From: Gemmatimonadota bacterium
Lineage (GTDB): Bacteria; Gemmatimonadota; Gemmatimonadetes; Palauibacterales; Palauibacteraceae
Direction of reading: 5' to 3'
Assembly (NCBI GenBank): GCA_963666735.1
Contig: OY762926.1
Coordinates: 3,296,001 to 3,360,000 of the forward strand
DNA: 64,000 nucleotides
A model generated the notes under the pieces. That model did no database searches. It was not told where the DNA came from and worked only from the letters and a program-made list of their open reading frames with translations. Positions within the stretch are counted from its first letter, which is position 1. The number at the start of each line of letters is the position of its first letter. Shown here in pieces: positions 10,000 through 20,710 of this stretch. The translations under genes were made by a program, and so were the position numbers.

Positions 10000-10613
10000 G
10001 CGATAAGCTCCATTCGGGCGGGTTTGCGGGTGCGGCGGATCAGCAGGAGACCCGGTCCCGCCATGAAGAGGATCAGCCCGGCGGACATCACCAGATTGTT
10101 GGAGGCGTGCGGCCACGTCAGCATGGTGCCGCCCAGGGCCCACCAGCAGATGGCCAACACCCGGAACAACGCGCGATCGCATAAGGAGGACGACGTAAAG
10201 AAAGCGGTCCCGATCACGATGGCCATCACGGCTGGGGCGATCGGGCCCGGCAGCGTTCCGGTTCGGGCTCCGCAGAATCCGAGCAGCATCAGCCCAAGGC
10301 CGCATCCAATCCAGATTGCGGCGAGAATCCTGTTGGCTGACGAGTCAACCGCCGCGTGCTTTCGCCTCCAACGCCGCAGAGGCATGGAGAGCCCCCAGCC
10401 GATTCCGAGCGCTGTGCTCCAGACGAGACTGGGCGAAACGCGAAGCACACCGCTATCCGCCCAATAATCGAAGGCCTCGGCGACCGCGAGCACGCTGCCC
10501 CACAACACAAAGTGCCAGCCGTTGTTGGACACGGTCTCCCGCGCGTCTTCCATCAGGCGACGAATGATGGCCAGGTCGTCTCCCGCCTGCTGTCTTGAGT
10601 TCGCTTCGCCCAT
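9996..10613 (-). CDS. Multi-pass membrane protein
   Basis: About six hydrophobic segments after DLAIIRRLME; overlaps regulator start. Confidence 0.75.
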   Translation of the reverse strand: MGEANSRQQAGDDLAIIRRLMEDARETVSNNGWHFVLWGSVLAVAEAFDYWADSGVLRVSPSLVWSTALGIGWGLSMPLRRWRRKHAAVDSSANRILAAIWIGCGLGLMLLGFCGARTGTLPGPIAPAVMAIVIGTAFFTSSSLCDRALFRVLAICWWALGGTMLTWPHASNNLVMSAGLILFMAGPGLLLIRRTRKPARMELIA

Positions 10614-10643
10614 CGAATCCTCGCCAATCCTCGCCACAGAGTA

Positions 10644-10686
10644 CTCTGTAATTTAGAGCTTAGGGATCGAAACCCGCCCACGTCAA
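10644..10686 (-). promoter_or_regulatory. Candidate sigma70 promoter with overlapping operator
   Basis: TTGACG (10686-10681), 18 bp, TAAGCT (10662-10657); CTCT-N7-AGAG palindrome at 10644-10658. Confidence 0.5.
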
Positions 10687-10806
10687 CTTCGTCCCAACAG
10701 TGAGGTACTTGGTCGGACGCCGCCGCTATGGCCGAACCCGGGCTGACCCTGTCATGTTGATCGACAGTCTGAACACCTGAAGGGTTGCCGACCGGGAGTA
10801 TTGGAA

Positions 10807-11676
10807 ATGACCGTAGGACGCCGCGCCCTGTTGACCACCGCCGTGTTGACCGTCGCCATCGTCGCGACGGCGCAGGCGCACACGATGTTCCTGAAGCTCG
10901 AGAGCTTCTTCCTGGAGCCGAACTCCACGAACGTCGTCGCGCTCCTGAACGGAGACTTCGACAACAGCGAGAACCACATCACGCGCGACCGCATGCTGGA
11001 TGTCAGCATCGTGGGGCCGGATGGGGTCATGCACCCGCCGACCGAGGCGTGGCGCGACACGGCGATGTTCCACTGGCACGCCGACAGCGTCGACACGGCG
11101 CTGCTCACCTTCGAAACGGGTTCTCCCGGCACCTACCAGATCGGCGTTTCGACGGCGGCCCGCGTGTTCACGCTCACGGCGCAGGAGTTCAACGACTACC
11201 TGGTCCACGACGGCGTGGTGGACGCGATCGCCGAGCGCGAAGCGGCGGGCAGGACGAACGACGAAGCCACCGAGCGTTACAGCAAACACGTGAAGGCGAT
11301 CGTCCAGGTCGGGGATGCCCGGAGCGGGGAATGGGGCGGGGAACTTGGCTACCCGGTGGAGTTCATCCCGCTGCGGAATCCCTACGACCTGGGCGTCGGC
11401 GACGAGCTTCAGGTGCGCTTCGTGCGAGCCGGCGCGCCGGTGGCGAACCAGGTCGTGTATGCGAACCACGAGTTCAACCACGCGCACGACGACACGGGCG
11501 GTCACGTCGATGCGGTCACGACCCGCACGGACGGGGACGGGGTCGCGACGATCCCGCTCAGCGCCGGGGGCCGATGGTACATCCGGGCGATCCACATGGT
11601 GGAGACGACGTCCGAACCGGATGTGGACTACGAGTCGAACTGGGCCACGCTCACCTTCCAGGTCCAGGGCGGGTAG
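10807..11676 (+). CDS. DUF4198 family secreted protein (putative metal-binding)
   Basis: Signal peptide ending AQA-H; ERYSKHVKA, VEFIPLRNPY, TDGDGVA...GRWY, YESNWATLTF. Confidence 0.8.
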   Translation: MTVGRRALLTTAVLTVAIVATAQAHTMFLKLESFFLEPNSTNVVALLNGDFDNSENHITRDRMLDVSIVGPDGVMHPPTEAWRDTAMFHWHADSVDTALLTFETGSPGTYQIGVSTAARVFTLTAQEFNDYLVHDGVVDAIAEREAAGRTNDEATERYSKHVKAIVQVGDARSGEWGGELGYPVEFIPLRNPYDLGVGDELQVRFVRAGAPVANQVVYANHEFNHAHDDTGGHVDAVTTRTDGDGVATIPLSAGGRWYIRAIHMVETTSEPDVDYESNWATLTFQVQGG

Positions 11677-11717
11677 ACGGAAGCCGAACCCGGGAATCCG
11701 GCTGCGGGGCGCGCGGG

Positions 11718-12870
11718 CTAGTAGCCGCGCTCCCGGTCCACCACGGCGAGAAGCGGCTCCCCGACCGCGAAGCGCCGCAGGTTTTCGCGGAAGAGGATCC
11801 ACATCCGCTCCATGTGCCCATCGGAATCGCCACCCAGGTGGGGCGTGATGATGACGTTCGGCATGCCCCACAGCGGATGGTCGGAGGGAAGCGGCTCCGG
11901 CTCCGTGACGTCGAGCCCGGCGCCGCCGATGCGCCCCTCCCGAAGGGCGTTCGTCATCGCTTCCGTATCGGTGGTCCGCCCGCGTCCCAGCGTGATGTAG
12001 AGGGCGGTCGGCCTCGTGAGCCGGAAGAAGGCCTCGCCGATGAGGCCGTCGGTCGCCGGGGTGAGGGGCAGGGCGTTCACGATGACATCGGCCTCCGGGA
12101 CGAGGTCCAGGAGCTCGGATGCCAGTCCGATGCGCTCAACGAAGTCGGGTCCTTCGCGGCTGCTGTTCCGCGTGGCGATGACCCGCATCCCGATGCCGTG
12201 CGCGATGCGGGCGGTTTCCGTCCCGATCCCGCCGAGGCCGATGACGAGCATCGTGCGACCCCGGAGTTCGAGCAGTTCGCTCCCCTCGCCGACGTAGGGA
12301 GATGGTCCGGTGAGCGGTCGGATGTCCCAGCGCCTCTCTCGCTGCAGGCCGAGCGCCGTGTGGAACCGTCGCGCCAGCACGAGCGCCATGCCGAGGGCGT
12401 GTTCCGCGCCCCCGGGGGCGAAGATCCGCTGGGCGTTCGTGATGACGAGATCCTCGGCATCGGCGAGTCCGGGGATCGCCAGGTAGCGTTCGACGCCCGC
12501 CGAAGCGAGCTGCACCCAGCGGAGCCGGTCGCCGGCGGCGAGGATGTCCGCGTTCAGCACGCCGAGGACCGCGTCGGCGTCGTGCGCTTCGGCCGCCGCG
12601 GCCTGTCCGTCTCCGACGACGACGAGGTCCACGCCCGGGGCGACCTCCGCGAGTTCGGCCGTGCGGCCGGGCCACAGATCGGCGACGACGACTTTCACGG
12701 GCGCCTTCCAGTCAGGGGAGGATCGATCGGGCGAGGGGCCCGGGCGCAGGCCGAGCACCCCGGCCGGGGTGGTCTCCGCTTCGGCCGCGCTCTCCGGCGG
12801 ACGATCGGCGGCGCAGCCCGCGATCGCCAGCGCGGCGAGCAGCGAACAGAGGCGGCCCGGCGACGGCGCT
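11718..12870 (-). CDS. D-2-hydroxyacid dehydrogenase, NAD(P)-binding, with lipobox-like leader; start uncertain
   Basis: GLGGIG, LGRG, LDVTEPEPL, ITPH; in-frame GTGs at 12947 and 12698, so the 5' coordinate is approximate. Confidence 0.82.
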
Positions 12871-13954
12871 ACGGATTCCCCCCCATCCGCTCCTGATAGC
12901 GCGCGCCGCTCAGGACGTTGGACATGGCGTAGTTGCCCTCGTGGCACGCGTACTCGTAGAGCAGATGGTTGAATCGCGTGAACGGAACCTGTCCGCTCCA
13001 GGGGCTCGTGTACACGGCGGGATCGTCGATCGTGAACTCGTAGAGGATCGTCTCCTCGTCCACGCGCGTGAAGCGCTCGATGACCTTCCGGTCCTTCGAG
13101 GGCGGCACCCCCCGAAATGCGTGTTCCGGGTTCAGGTTCGTGGTCTCGACCACGAAGGTGCGGTCCTCCCAGTACCCCCACGAGTTCCCGAACCACGGAG
13201 TCACGTGGTCCGGTTCGGGCCGGCTCTCGAGGCGCTCCCGCGGGTCCCGGATCGGGATGATCCGGGCGTCGTGCACCATCTCGGCCATGATCACGACGAA
13301 GTCCTCGTTCTGCGCAATGGTGTAGCTGTTGTTATACCAGTAGTTGGGGAGCATCGGCGGCCCGGCGCTCGATCCGAACGATACGATGCACCGTTCCGCG
13401 AGCGGCCGAAGCTCGGGGTGGTCGTACTGCCCGAACCTGCCGCGGAACTCGGCCGCCTCCTCCAGCCGCCGCCGGGCCTCCGGCGTGAGATCCGGAATCC
13501 GTCCGTCCGCCGGGTCGGTGACGAGGGAACTGCGGGGCTCGCCGTTGACGACCGCCACGCGTTCGCCCGGCTCCCGGTAGAACTCGTCGTAGCAGGTCGT
13601 CGCCCCATCGATGCAGACTCGGTGCTCGCCCCCCGGGGGCAGCGGCCGGGCAGGGTCGACGGGGGCCGTTCGCTCGGCGACGGTCTGTGCCCGTCCACCT
13701 TCGATGGCGGCGACTTCTGCCGGGCTCAGCACGGATCCCTGGCCTTCGGGACGTTCGAAGGGGGTGAGCGTCTGGTTGGTCCAGTTCCCCTGCAGGTCGG
13801 GATGGCCGTGCGCGGTGAGCGGTGGCTCCCAGTCGCCGGAGGTGGTCTGCGTGCGGGCCGCGCCGGGCTGAATAAGTACCGCGGCGGCAGCGAGCCCGAG
13901 GACGCCGGTCGAGATGTAGGTGAAGGGGCGCGCGGCGGGGTGGTCCACGTTCAT
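12869..13954 (-). CDS. Secreted hypothetical protein
   Basis: Signal peptide; GHPDLQGNW, ERC...GPPMLP, IERFTR, YEYACHEGNY. Confidence 0.75.
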   Translation of the reverse strand: MNVDHPAARPFTYISTGVLGLAAAAVLIQPGAARTQTTSGDWEPPLTAHGHPDLQGNWTNQTLTPFERPEGQGSVLSPAEVAAIEGGRAQTVAERTAPVDPARPLPPGGEHRVCIDGATTCYDEFYREPGERVAVVNGEPRSSLVTDPADGRIPDLTPEARRRLEEAAEFRGRFGQYDHPELRPLAERCIVSFGSSAGPPMLPNYWYNNSYTIAQNEDFVVIMAEMVHDARIIPIRDPRERLESRPEPDHVTPWFGNSWGYWEDRTFVVETTNLNPEHAFRGVPPSKDRKVIERFTRVDEETILYEFTIDDPAVYTSPWSGQVPFTRFNHLLYEYACHEGNYAMSNVLSGARYQERMGGNP

Positions 13955-14035
13955 CGTTCCTCCTCGGTACCGGCATCGGAATCGGCCGCATGGCCAATCT
14001 GCGCTTCCGGACCCTGGGGCGCGAGACGTGAAACG

Positions 14036-14065
14036 CGAAAGGGCCCGAGTGGCCGGGCCCTTTCG
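14036..14065. terminator. GC-rich hairpin, candidate terminator
   Basis: CGAAAGGGCCCG / CGGGCCCTTTCG 12-bp stem just downstream of the 14103 gene. Confidence 0.65.
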
Positions 14066-14102
14066 GAGGAAGCTTCAGGACAGGCGGGACGGGGCGTGAG
14101 GC

Positions 14103-15275
14103 TCAGACACCTCCGCCGCCGCGCCGCCGCGCGGTCCGTCCCGTCGACCGCCCTCCCGAACCCGACGATGAAGTGCCGATCGACGATGTCCCCCGCGAGG
14201 ACCCGGTCGACCGGGTTCCGACTCTGGAGCTTCCGCTGCTGTAGCCCTGTCCGCTGATCACCCGGCCGCCGTTGTTCCTGGGCTCCGCACGGATGATCGT
14301 CGGTCCGTATCCATAACCGTAGCCGTAGGGATACCCGTATCCGAAACCGAAGGGCGAGTATCCGTATCCGTATCGGTAGCCGAGCGACCCGTAGTAGGGG
14401 GAACCCCAGCGGGAACCGCCGCCGTAGAACGGGTCGTAGTATCCGCCGTAGCCGAGCATGGACCGTTCGCCGCCGCCGCCGCCGCCCGCGGACACCGCGA
14501 AGCGCTCGGGATAGCTTCGTGCGATCATCATGTCGATGACCCCTTCCGACACGCCGGCATCGGCGAGTTGCACAAGCCGGTCGGCGTCGACCGAGAGAGG
14601 CGCCTCGTGTTCGACGATCCAGGCTTCCACGGCCTCGGGATCCACATGAGCCTGCGCCTCGATGATGTCATCGACCGAGTACCGCCCGGACGCGGCGAGT
14701 CGCAAGGAGCGTACGGCCAGGCTCCGGCCGGCCGCGATCTCACCGAGGCCGACGGCCTCGGCCTCGCTCTGCGTGGCCAGCCGGTATCGCGTCACCCACG
14801 TCAGCTTCTCTTCGCCGACCGTGACCACCTGCGCATCGATCCAGGCGTCGGACGAAATCATCGCGAACATCCCGCTCGATGATCGGTCGACGCCGCCCTC
14901 GCAGACCTGGCCCACATCCATGAACACCCGGCCCGGGCGCGAGGCGAAAACCGCGCGACGCGATCCGCTGCACCCCTCCAGCGCCGCCTCGTGGGGCAGT
15001 CCATCCGCCCGCACGACTTCCCGGGCCGCGATCTCGCCGTCTTCCACGGCGATCATTTCGACACCGGCCTCTTCCGCGCTCGGCCGGAAGCAGAGCAGAG
15101 ACTCCGGCGCGTCCGCGCTCGTCGAGGTACGAACGGGCTGCCAGCAACCCATCCAGGCGAGCCAGCGTTGGTCCATCTCCTGCGCCGCCACGGTCGACAG
15201 CGGTCCGGCCGCGAGCATCATGCCGGCCGCAACGAAGAGGGCGGAGCCGATTCCAGCAGTTCGCTGTTTCGTCAT
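14103..15275 (-). CDS. Secreted hypothetical protein with Gly/Tyr-rich and Ser/Arg-rich tail
   Basis: Signal peptide (VAA-Q); GYGY repeats near C-terminus. Confidence 0.75.
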   Translation of the reverse strand: MTKQRTAGIGSALFVAAGMMLAAGPLSTVAAQEMDQRWLAWMGCWQPVRTSTSADAPESLLCFRPSAEEAGVEMIAVEDGEIAAREVVRADGLPHEAALEGCSGSRRAVFASRPGRVFMDVGQVCEGGVDRSSSGMFAMISSDAWIDAQVVTVGEEKLTWVTRYRLATQSEAEAVGLGEIAAGRSLAVRSLRLAASGRYSVDDIIEAQAHVDPEAVEAWIVEHEAPLSVDADRLVQLADAGVSEGVIDMMIARSYPERFAVSAGGGGGGERSMLGYGGYYDPFYGGGSRWGSPYYGSLGYRYGYGYSPFGFGYGYPYGYGYGYGPTIIRAEPRNNGGRVISGQGYSSGSSRVGTRSTGSSRGTSSIGTSSSGSGGRSTGRTARRRGGGGV

Positions 15276-15294
15276 GTGACCATACCTCGAGGTT

Positions 15295-16041
15295 TTATAG
15301 CCGTACGGAGAAGCCGAACGCGGCGCGGAGCCCGTTCAGGTCGATCTTGTCGAATCCGACGAAGCTCTCCCCCATATTCGCGCTGGCCCAAGAATAACGC
15401 GCTTCGGCGGTCAGAATCCACCGCAGCCCGATCGAGTAGTCGAATCCGGCCGTCGCGTAGGCGAGCGCGGATCCGTCGCTGGACGTGAAGTAGTCGTAGA
15501 AGATGTCCAGCGTTTCGTAGTCGACGAACTCGCCCTCCTGCTCGAATTCATACCATACGAAGCCGGCGCCGCCTCCGACGAAGGGAGCGAACTTGCTCGG
15601 AATCCAGGCGAGATTGCTGATCCGTCGTCCCCGCTCCGTGAGGTAGGCCTTCACGCCGACGGTGAACGGGACGCGACGGAAGTCCGTCGTCTGCAGGATC
15701 GGCAGGTCGTCATTGCCGATGAAATCCCGGGATTCGGAGTCGATCTCGCTGTTCGCGTACCCGATACCCAGCGCCAGATCGACGCGATCCGTGAGCCGAA
15801 TGCCGAGGTCGGCGGCGATCGCCACCGCGTTGAAATCCTCTTTCTCGATCGTCAGTTCGTCGCGCGAAAAATCGAAGATTTCGCTGTCGGCGCGGGGTAT
15901 TGCGTACCCGATTCGAGCGCCGAGGGTGATGGAAGGACGCCCGAAGAGAAAATCCTGCGCCACGACGGCTTCGGCCGCCCAGGCTCCCCCGATGACGGCG
16001 AGGACGGCCGCCATCGAGGACTGTCTGAATCGGTACGACAC
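15295..16041 (-). CDS. Outer-membrane beta-barrel protein
   Basis: Signal peptide; PFVGGGAG, AEARY, alternating C-terminal strand. Confidence 0.75.
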   Translation of the reverse strand: MSYRFRQSSMAAVLAVIGGAWAAEAVVAQDFLFGRPSITLGARIGYAIPRADSEIFDFSRDELTIEKEDFNAVAIAADLGIRLTDRVDLALGIGYANSEIDSESRDFIGNDDLPILQTTDFRRVPFTVGVKAYLTERGRRISNLAWIPSKFAPFVGGGAGFVWYEFEQEGEFVDYETLDIFYDYFTSSDGSALAYATAGFDYSIGLRWILTAEARYSWASANMGESFVGFDKIDLNGLRAAFGFSVRL

Positions 16042-16234
16042 GTTACCTCCTTCACGGCGCCTGAGCGGAACATCATTCGCTTGCGCCAACCGGGTTTTCG
16101 GTCTGCCACTCCTAACACGAAGCAATCCCCGGACGGGTCACATCTTCACCGGCCACCCGTCCGCCACCGCTACGCGGGCGCCGCCACGCCCCCCGGCCCG
16201 GCCCTCGCCGAACTCCTCGTGTCAGCTGCTCGTG

Positions 16235-16906
16235 TCAGCTGCTCGTTACGACCACCGGCGTCTGCTGCTGGACCTCGCCCCCGTCCGAGTCCCGCGCCGT
16301 GACGGTGATCGTCGTGCTCCCGACCGTCACGCCCACCACCGTGAGGGTGCTGCCCGAGACCGCCCCCACCGCCACGAGCGTGTTCGCGGTCGTGACGCCG
16401 AACGTGAGGTCGTCGCCCTCGGGATCGCTGAAGTACTGCGACAGATCGATCTGGCGTACCTGTCCCGCCGCCAGGCGCAGCGCCGGGAGCGACTGCGCGG
16501 CGGCCGGGGGCTGGTTCGGCACCGTGATCAGGAAGTTCTGCACGGCTTCGCCGCCGGATTCATCGCGAGCGAAGAGCAGGCCGCCCGCCTGACCGGTCCC
16601 GACCCCGACCACCGTCATCGTGCTGCCCGAGACGGAGACGCCGGCCACGAGCGCGTTCGATGTCCCCGCGCCGTACAGGAGCGGATCGCCGTCCGGGTCC
16701 TGGAAGAAGCCCGACACGTCCACCATCACATGGTCGCCGGCCGCCACGGTCACCGGCGGCACCACGCCTACCGCGGCCGGCGCTTCGTTCGCGGGCGTGG
16801 GCTCCATCGTATCCTCGCTCTCGATGCATGCCCCGGCCACGAATATGGACAACGCCACCGCGACGCAGACGCCCGCGCGTCCGAAATTGAGATGTTCACG
16901 CAGCAT
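16235..16906 (-). CDS. Lipoprotein with two cadherin/Ig-like repeats
   Basis: Lipobox VAGAC; two units N.(A/P)P...F.DP(D/E)GD.L...VSGST.TVVGV...ARD. Confidence 0.8.
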   Translation of the reverse strand: MLREHLNFGRAGVCVAVALSIFVAGACIESEDTMEPTPANEAPAAVGVVPPVTVAAGDHVMVDVSGFFQDPDGDPLLYGAGTSNALVAGVSVSGSTMTVVGVGTGQAGGLLFARDESGGEAVQNFLITVPNQPPAAAQSLPALRLAAGQVRQIDLSQYFSDPEGDDLTFGVTTANTLVAVGAVSGSTLTVVGVTVGSTTITVTARDSDGGEVQQQTPVVVTSS

Positions 16907-16963
16907 GTTTTTTTCTTCCTTACGCTCTTGAGAAGGGTTCAGCCCGTCCGGCCCGAGTGGCCA

Positions 16964-19042
16964 TCAGGGCAGTGCCAGCGCCGCAAGTCCGTCCGTGAGT
17001 TGAATGATCACGTACTGCTTGCCCTCGTGGACCCAGCTCGACATCCCGTAGCGCGTGTTGCCGGGCAGCTCCACCTGGCCCACGCGCTCGCCGGTCCGCT
17101 TGTCGACCGCGAACAGGTGCGGCGTCCCATCGCTCGTCTGTCCAGACGCAAGAAGGAGCGTCGGAGTTGCAACCATGGCGGAGTGGCCGCGCCGGCCCTG
17201 GTTCGGATTCACGTCCGCTCCCTGCAGCATCGGATGGTCGCGGATCACCGCCTGCTGCCGCTCCGGGGCGTCGCCATGCGGGATCATCCACAGGTGTTCG
17301 CCCGTGTTCACGTCGATTGCCGTGATCCGTCCCACCGGCCCCTTCCAGATCCTCAGTCCCTCGACCGTCGCCTGGTCCGCCGTGTTCTCCGTCACGACGC
17401 CGGTCGCGCGGGAGAATTCGGAGTGGGTGACGCCCGTTTGATCGGGTCCGTCGAGTTCGGATTCGATACCCGGCGCCACCATGACCGGCGAGCACCCGCT
17501 GGTGGACGTGACGAACACGATTCCGTTCACGGGGTCGGCGGCGGGCGGCCCGGTGATGTTCGCGCCCCCGCCCCCGCCGGGGCAGATGAGCGCCGGCCCC
17601 TCGCCATCCGGGTTCCCGACGTGCGTGGGCGGGTTGAAGAGCGGCGCGAAGAGATCGTTCTCCCGCGCGTATTCGAGCGCCATTTCGCGCAGTTCGGGCG
17701 TGTAGTCGATGAGGTCCTGCTCCGTGCGGCCCTGCAGGTCGTAGGGCGGAGGCCACGTGGGGTGCGGCTGCGTCGGAGAGAGCTTCTCGCCCGGCACCTT
17801 GGAGGCCGGGACCGGCCGCTCCTCGATGGGCCAGATCGGCTCGCCCGTCTCGCGGTCGAGCGCGTACAGCCACGACTGCTTCGTCGCCTGGAAGACCCCC
17901 TTGACCGGCCGTCCGTCGACGACGACGTCCATGAGGACCGGGGCGGTCGGCGTGTCGTAGTTCCAGATGTCGTGGTGCACGAACTGGAAATGCCAGCGGC
18001 GCTCTCCCGTCTCCACGTCGAGCGCGACGATGCTCGTGCCGAAGAGGTTGTCGCCGGGGTGGAAACCGCCGTAGTAGTCGATCGTGGCGCCGTTGGTGAC
18101 GAGGTAGACGAGTCCGAGTTCCGGGTCCGCCGAGAGCGGCGCCCAGGGGGAGACGTCACCGGTCCACTGCCAGGCGTCGTTCTCCCAGGTCTCGTGCCCG
18201 AACTCGCCCGGACGCGGGATGATGTGGAACTTCCACTTGAAGTCCCCCGTGCGGGCGTCGTAGGCCAGAATATCGCCCGGGACCATCTCCTTCCGCGTCT
18301 GGTTGTATCCCTGCTCCGCGGAGTTGCCGACGACGACCACGTCGTTCACGACGATCGGCGGAGAGGAGGCGGTGATGTAGCCGATCTCGAGCGGCATCCC
18401 CTGATCCGGGTCGTACTCCTGGTTCAGGTTCTCCCAGGGTCCCCAGCCCTCGATGAGGTCCGCGACCAGGTCCACCGTCCCCGTGGAGGGGAACCCCGGC
18501 AGCGGCACGGCCTCGCCCCAGTTCTCCAGCGGCCGGCCGGTGTCCGCGTCGAGCGCGTAGAGGAAGAAGCCGGGACTGATGATGTAGACGACGCCGCGGC
18601 CGTCGATCTCGGCGTAGGCGACCCCCTTGCCGTACGCCTTTCGCATCGAGTACTCGTGCCGCCAGGTCATGGGTTCGGCGAAGCTCCACAGGAGTCTCCC
18701 CGTGGAGGGGTCGAGGGCGATGACATGCCGGTTCTCGCCCGTCACCGTGATCATCTTGCCGTCGACGTAGGACGGCGTAGCCCGCGCCGTGCTCGGCCCG
18801 AAGCTCGAAGCGTCCCAGCGCCACGCGACCTCGAGGCTCTCGAAATTGGCGGCATCGATCTGCGTCGCCGGCGTGTAGCGGGTGTGCCAGGCGTCACCGC
18901 CCATGTACGTCCACGCCGCCCCCTCCACGCCCGGGCCCTGCGCCGCAACGGGGGCGCCGGCGGTGGCTCCCGCGATGGATCCGAAGAGAAGGGGGAGAAG
19001 AAGGGCGCTGCCCGGCCGCGAACTCCAGTGGTTCTTCATCAT
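16964..19042 (-). CDS. PQQ-dependent dehydrogenase (quinoprotein glucose dehydrogenase-like), secreted
   Basis: [36 protein letters not shown], beta-propeller Trp repeats. Confidence 0.9.
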   Translation of the reverse strand: MMKNHWSSRPGSALLLPLLFGSIAGATAGAPVAAQGPGVEGAAWTYMGGDAWHTRYTPATQIDAANFESLEVAWRWDASSFGPSTARATPSYVDGKMITVTGENRHVIALDPSTGRLLWSFAEPMTWRHEYSMRKAYGKGVAYAEIDGRGVVYIISPGFFLYALDADTGRPLENWGEAVPLPGFPSTGTVDLVADLIEGWGPWENLNQEYDPDQGMPLEIGYITASSPPIVVNDVVVVGNSAEQGYNQTRKEMVPGDILAYDARTGDFKWKFHIIPRPGEFGHETWENDAWQWTGDVSPWAPLSADPELGLVYLVTNGATIDYYGGFHPGDNLFGTSIVALDVETGERRWHFQFVHHDIWNYDTPTAPVLMDVVVDGRPVKGVFQATKQSWLYALDRETGEPIWPIEERPVPASKVPGEKLSPTQPHPTWPPPYDLQGRTEQDLIDYTPELREMALEYARENDLFAPLFNPPTHVGNPDGEGPALICPGGGGGANITGPPAADPVNGIVFVTSTSGCSPVMVAPGIESELDGPDQTGVTHSEFSRATGVVTENTADQATVEGLRIWKGPVGRITAIDVNTGEHLWMIPHGDAPERQQAVIRDHPMLQGADVNPNQGRRGHSAMVATPTLLLASGQTSDGTPHLFAVDKRTGERVGQVELPGNTRYGMSSWVHEGKQYVIIQLTDGLAALALP

Positions 19043-19068
19043 CCGTCCGCTCTCGCTGTTCTCTCTTC

Positions 19069-19112
19069 CGCAGTACGCGCGTCTCACCGTCGCAGTACGC
19101 GCGTCTCACCGT
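19069..19112. repeat. Perfect 22-bp tandem duplication
   Basis: CGCAGTACGCGCGTCTCACCGT twice (19069-19090, 19091-19112). Confidence 0.95.
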
Positions 19113-19296
19113 TCCCGGCGCCGACGCAGGGTTTTGCCACGGCTGCCAAGGATAACACTCCATCGTGGACGCGCGTTTCCCGGGACGCAACGTCTCCTTG
19201 CACGCGGGCGACGTTTCTTCGCACTGTATCAGAGAGCTAAAGAGGAGTCGCTGGAAGCGGCAGCGGGAAGCAGTGCCATCTGCAGGAGGATGCCTC

Positions 19297-20691
19297 ATGC
19301 GTGGATCGCATCGTCACTCGAACCATGCCTGGTCGCGCGCAACGGCCTTGGCCGTCGTTATCGTGCCCGTTGCGCTGGGTCTCGCGTTCGGGGATCTCGC
19401 GGGACAGGGGCCGGCGGCGAACGGGGTGAACGGCGCCGCCGGGGCGAAGGCCGACGTCACATTCTCGAAGGACGTGGCCCCCATTCTCCAGGCGAACTGC
19501 CAGATCTGCCACCGGCCGGGATCGGTGGGGCCGATGCCGCTCCTCGAATACGGCGACACGCGGCGCTGGGCCTCGCGCATGAAGGACCTGGTCTCGAAGC
19601 GGCTCATGCCGCCCTTCCACCTCGACACGGGCCTCGGAATCCAGGACATCAAGGATGACTGGCGTCTGAGCGAGGCGGACATCGAGACGATCGTGGCGTG
19701 GGCCGATGCCGGCGCTCCCGAAGGGGATCCGGCCGACATGCCGCCCCCGGTCGAGTGGCCGAACGAGCAGAAGTGGCAGCTCGAGGACATCCTCGGCCCG
19801 CCGGATCACGTGATCCGGTCGAAGCCGTTCGACGTGCCGGCCGAGGGCGGCGACACCTGGTGGCGGCCGCGGGTGCCGACGGGGCTCGAGGAGGATCGCT
19901 GGGTAATGGCGTTCGAGACGCGGCCTTCGTTCCCGGCCGGGCGGCAGGTCGTGCATCATGCGATCCCGCGCCTGCTCAGGCTCAACGAGGAAGGGGATTA
20001 CCAGCGCATCCAGAGCCTGTCCGAGTACGCCATGGGCAAGGTCGGGGAGATCGTGCCCAACGATGCGGGGCGGATGCTGAAGGCGAACGACATGATCGAG
20101 TGGGACGCGCACTACTATCCCATGGGATATGACATCCCCGGCGATCAGGTCGAACTCGGGATCTGGTTCCACGAGGACGGCTACGAGCCGGAGTTCCAGC
20201 AGGATCTGCGCCTCTATCCCCTCAGGGGCGACATCGCGCTGGCGCCGGGAGGGACCGCCATGACGCAGGGGTTCCACCGCTGGGACCACCCGGTGAGGCT
20301 CGACAGCTTCCAGCCGCACGGGCACGTCCACCTGCACGCGATGTCGATCCAGGCGCTCTACCCCGACGGCAGGCTCGAGCTCATCAGCATGGTCACGGAC
20401 TTCGACGCCCGCTGGCATCACAGCTACATCTACGAGGATGATGTCGCGCCGCTGCTCCCGCCCGGCACGGTCCTCGTGATGACGGGGTGGTACGACAATA
20501 CGGCGGAGAACGAACTGACCCCGGATCCGGAGATCTGGTACGCCCGCGGGGCGCGCACCGGGGATGAGATGTCGCACGCGTGGCTCGCCGTGACGCACCT
20601 CAGCGAGGAAGGCTACCAGCGGCTGGTCGAGGAGCGTGAGGCGAAGCTCGCGACCGACGAAGACAACGACGACAGCAACGACGACCACTGA
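19297..20691 (+). CDS. Secreted cytochrome c fused to a copper type II monooxygenase (PHM/DBH-like) core
   Basis: CQICH at 19498-19512; VVHHAI, DAHYYP, FQPHGH, DEMSH. Confidence 0.78.
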   Translation: MRGSHRHSNHAWSRATALAVVIVPVALGLAFGDLAGQGPAANGVNGAAGAKADVTFSKDVAPILQANCQICHRPGSVGPMPLLEYGDTRRWASRMKDLVSKRLMPPFHLDTGLGIQDIKDDWRLSEADIETIVAWADAGAPEGDPADMPPPVEWPNEQKWQLEDILGPPDHVIRSKPFDVPAEGGDTWWRPRVPTGLEEDRWVMAFETRPSFPAGRQVVHHAIPRLLRLNEEGDYQRIQSLSEYAMGKVGEIVPNDAGRMLKANDMIEWDAHYYPMGYDIPGDQVELGIWFHEDGYEPEFQQDLRLYPLRGDIALAPGGTAMTQGFHRWDHPVRLDSFQPHGHVHLHAMSIQALYPDGRLELISMVTDFDARWHHSYIYEDDVAPLLPPGTVLVMTGWYDNTAENELTPDPEIWYARGARTGDEMSHAWLAVTHLSEEGYQRLVEEREAKLATDEDNDDSNDDH

Positions 20692-20710
20692 CCTGCAACT
20701 GAGACGGAAC

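Noticed and set aside
10687..10806. Possible cobalamin or NiCo riboswitch upstream of the DUF4198 gene
   Set aside because: No conserved riboswitch elements recognised by eye; an Rfam scan would be needed.
15662..19240. 1192-aa plus-strand ORF
   Set aside because: Antisense shadow of the PQQ dehydrogenase, lipoprotein and barrel genes; Arg-rich with no motifs, typical of high-GC DNA.
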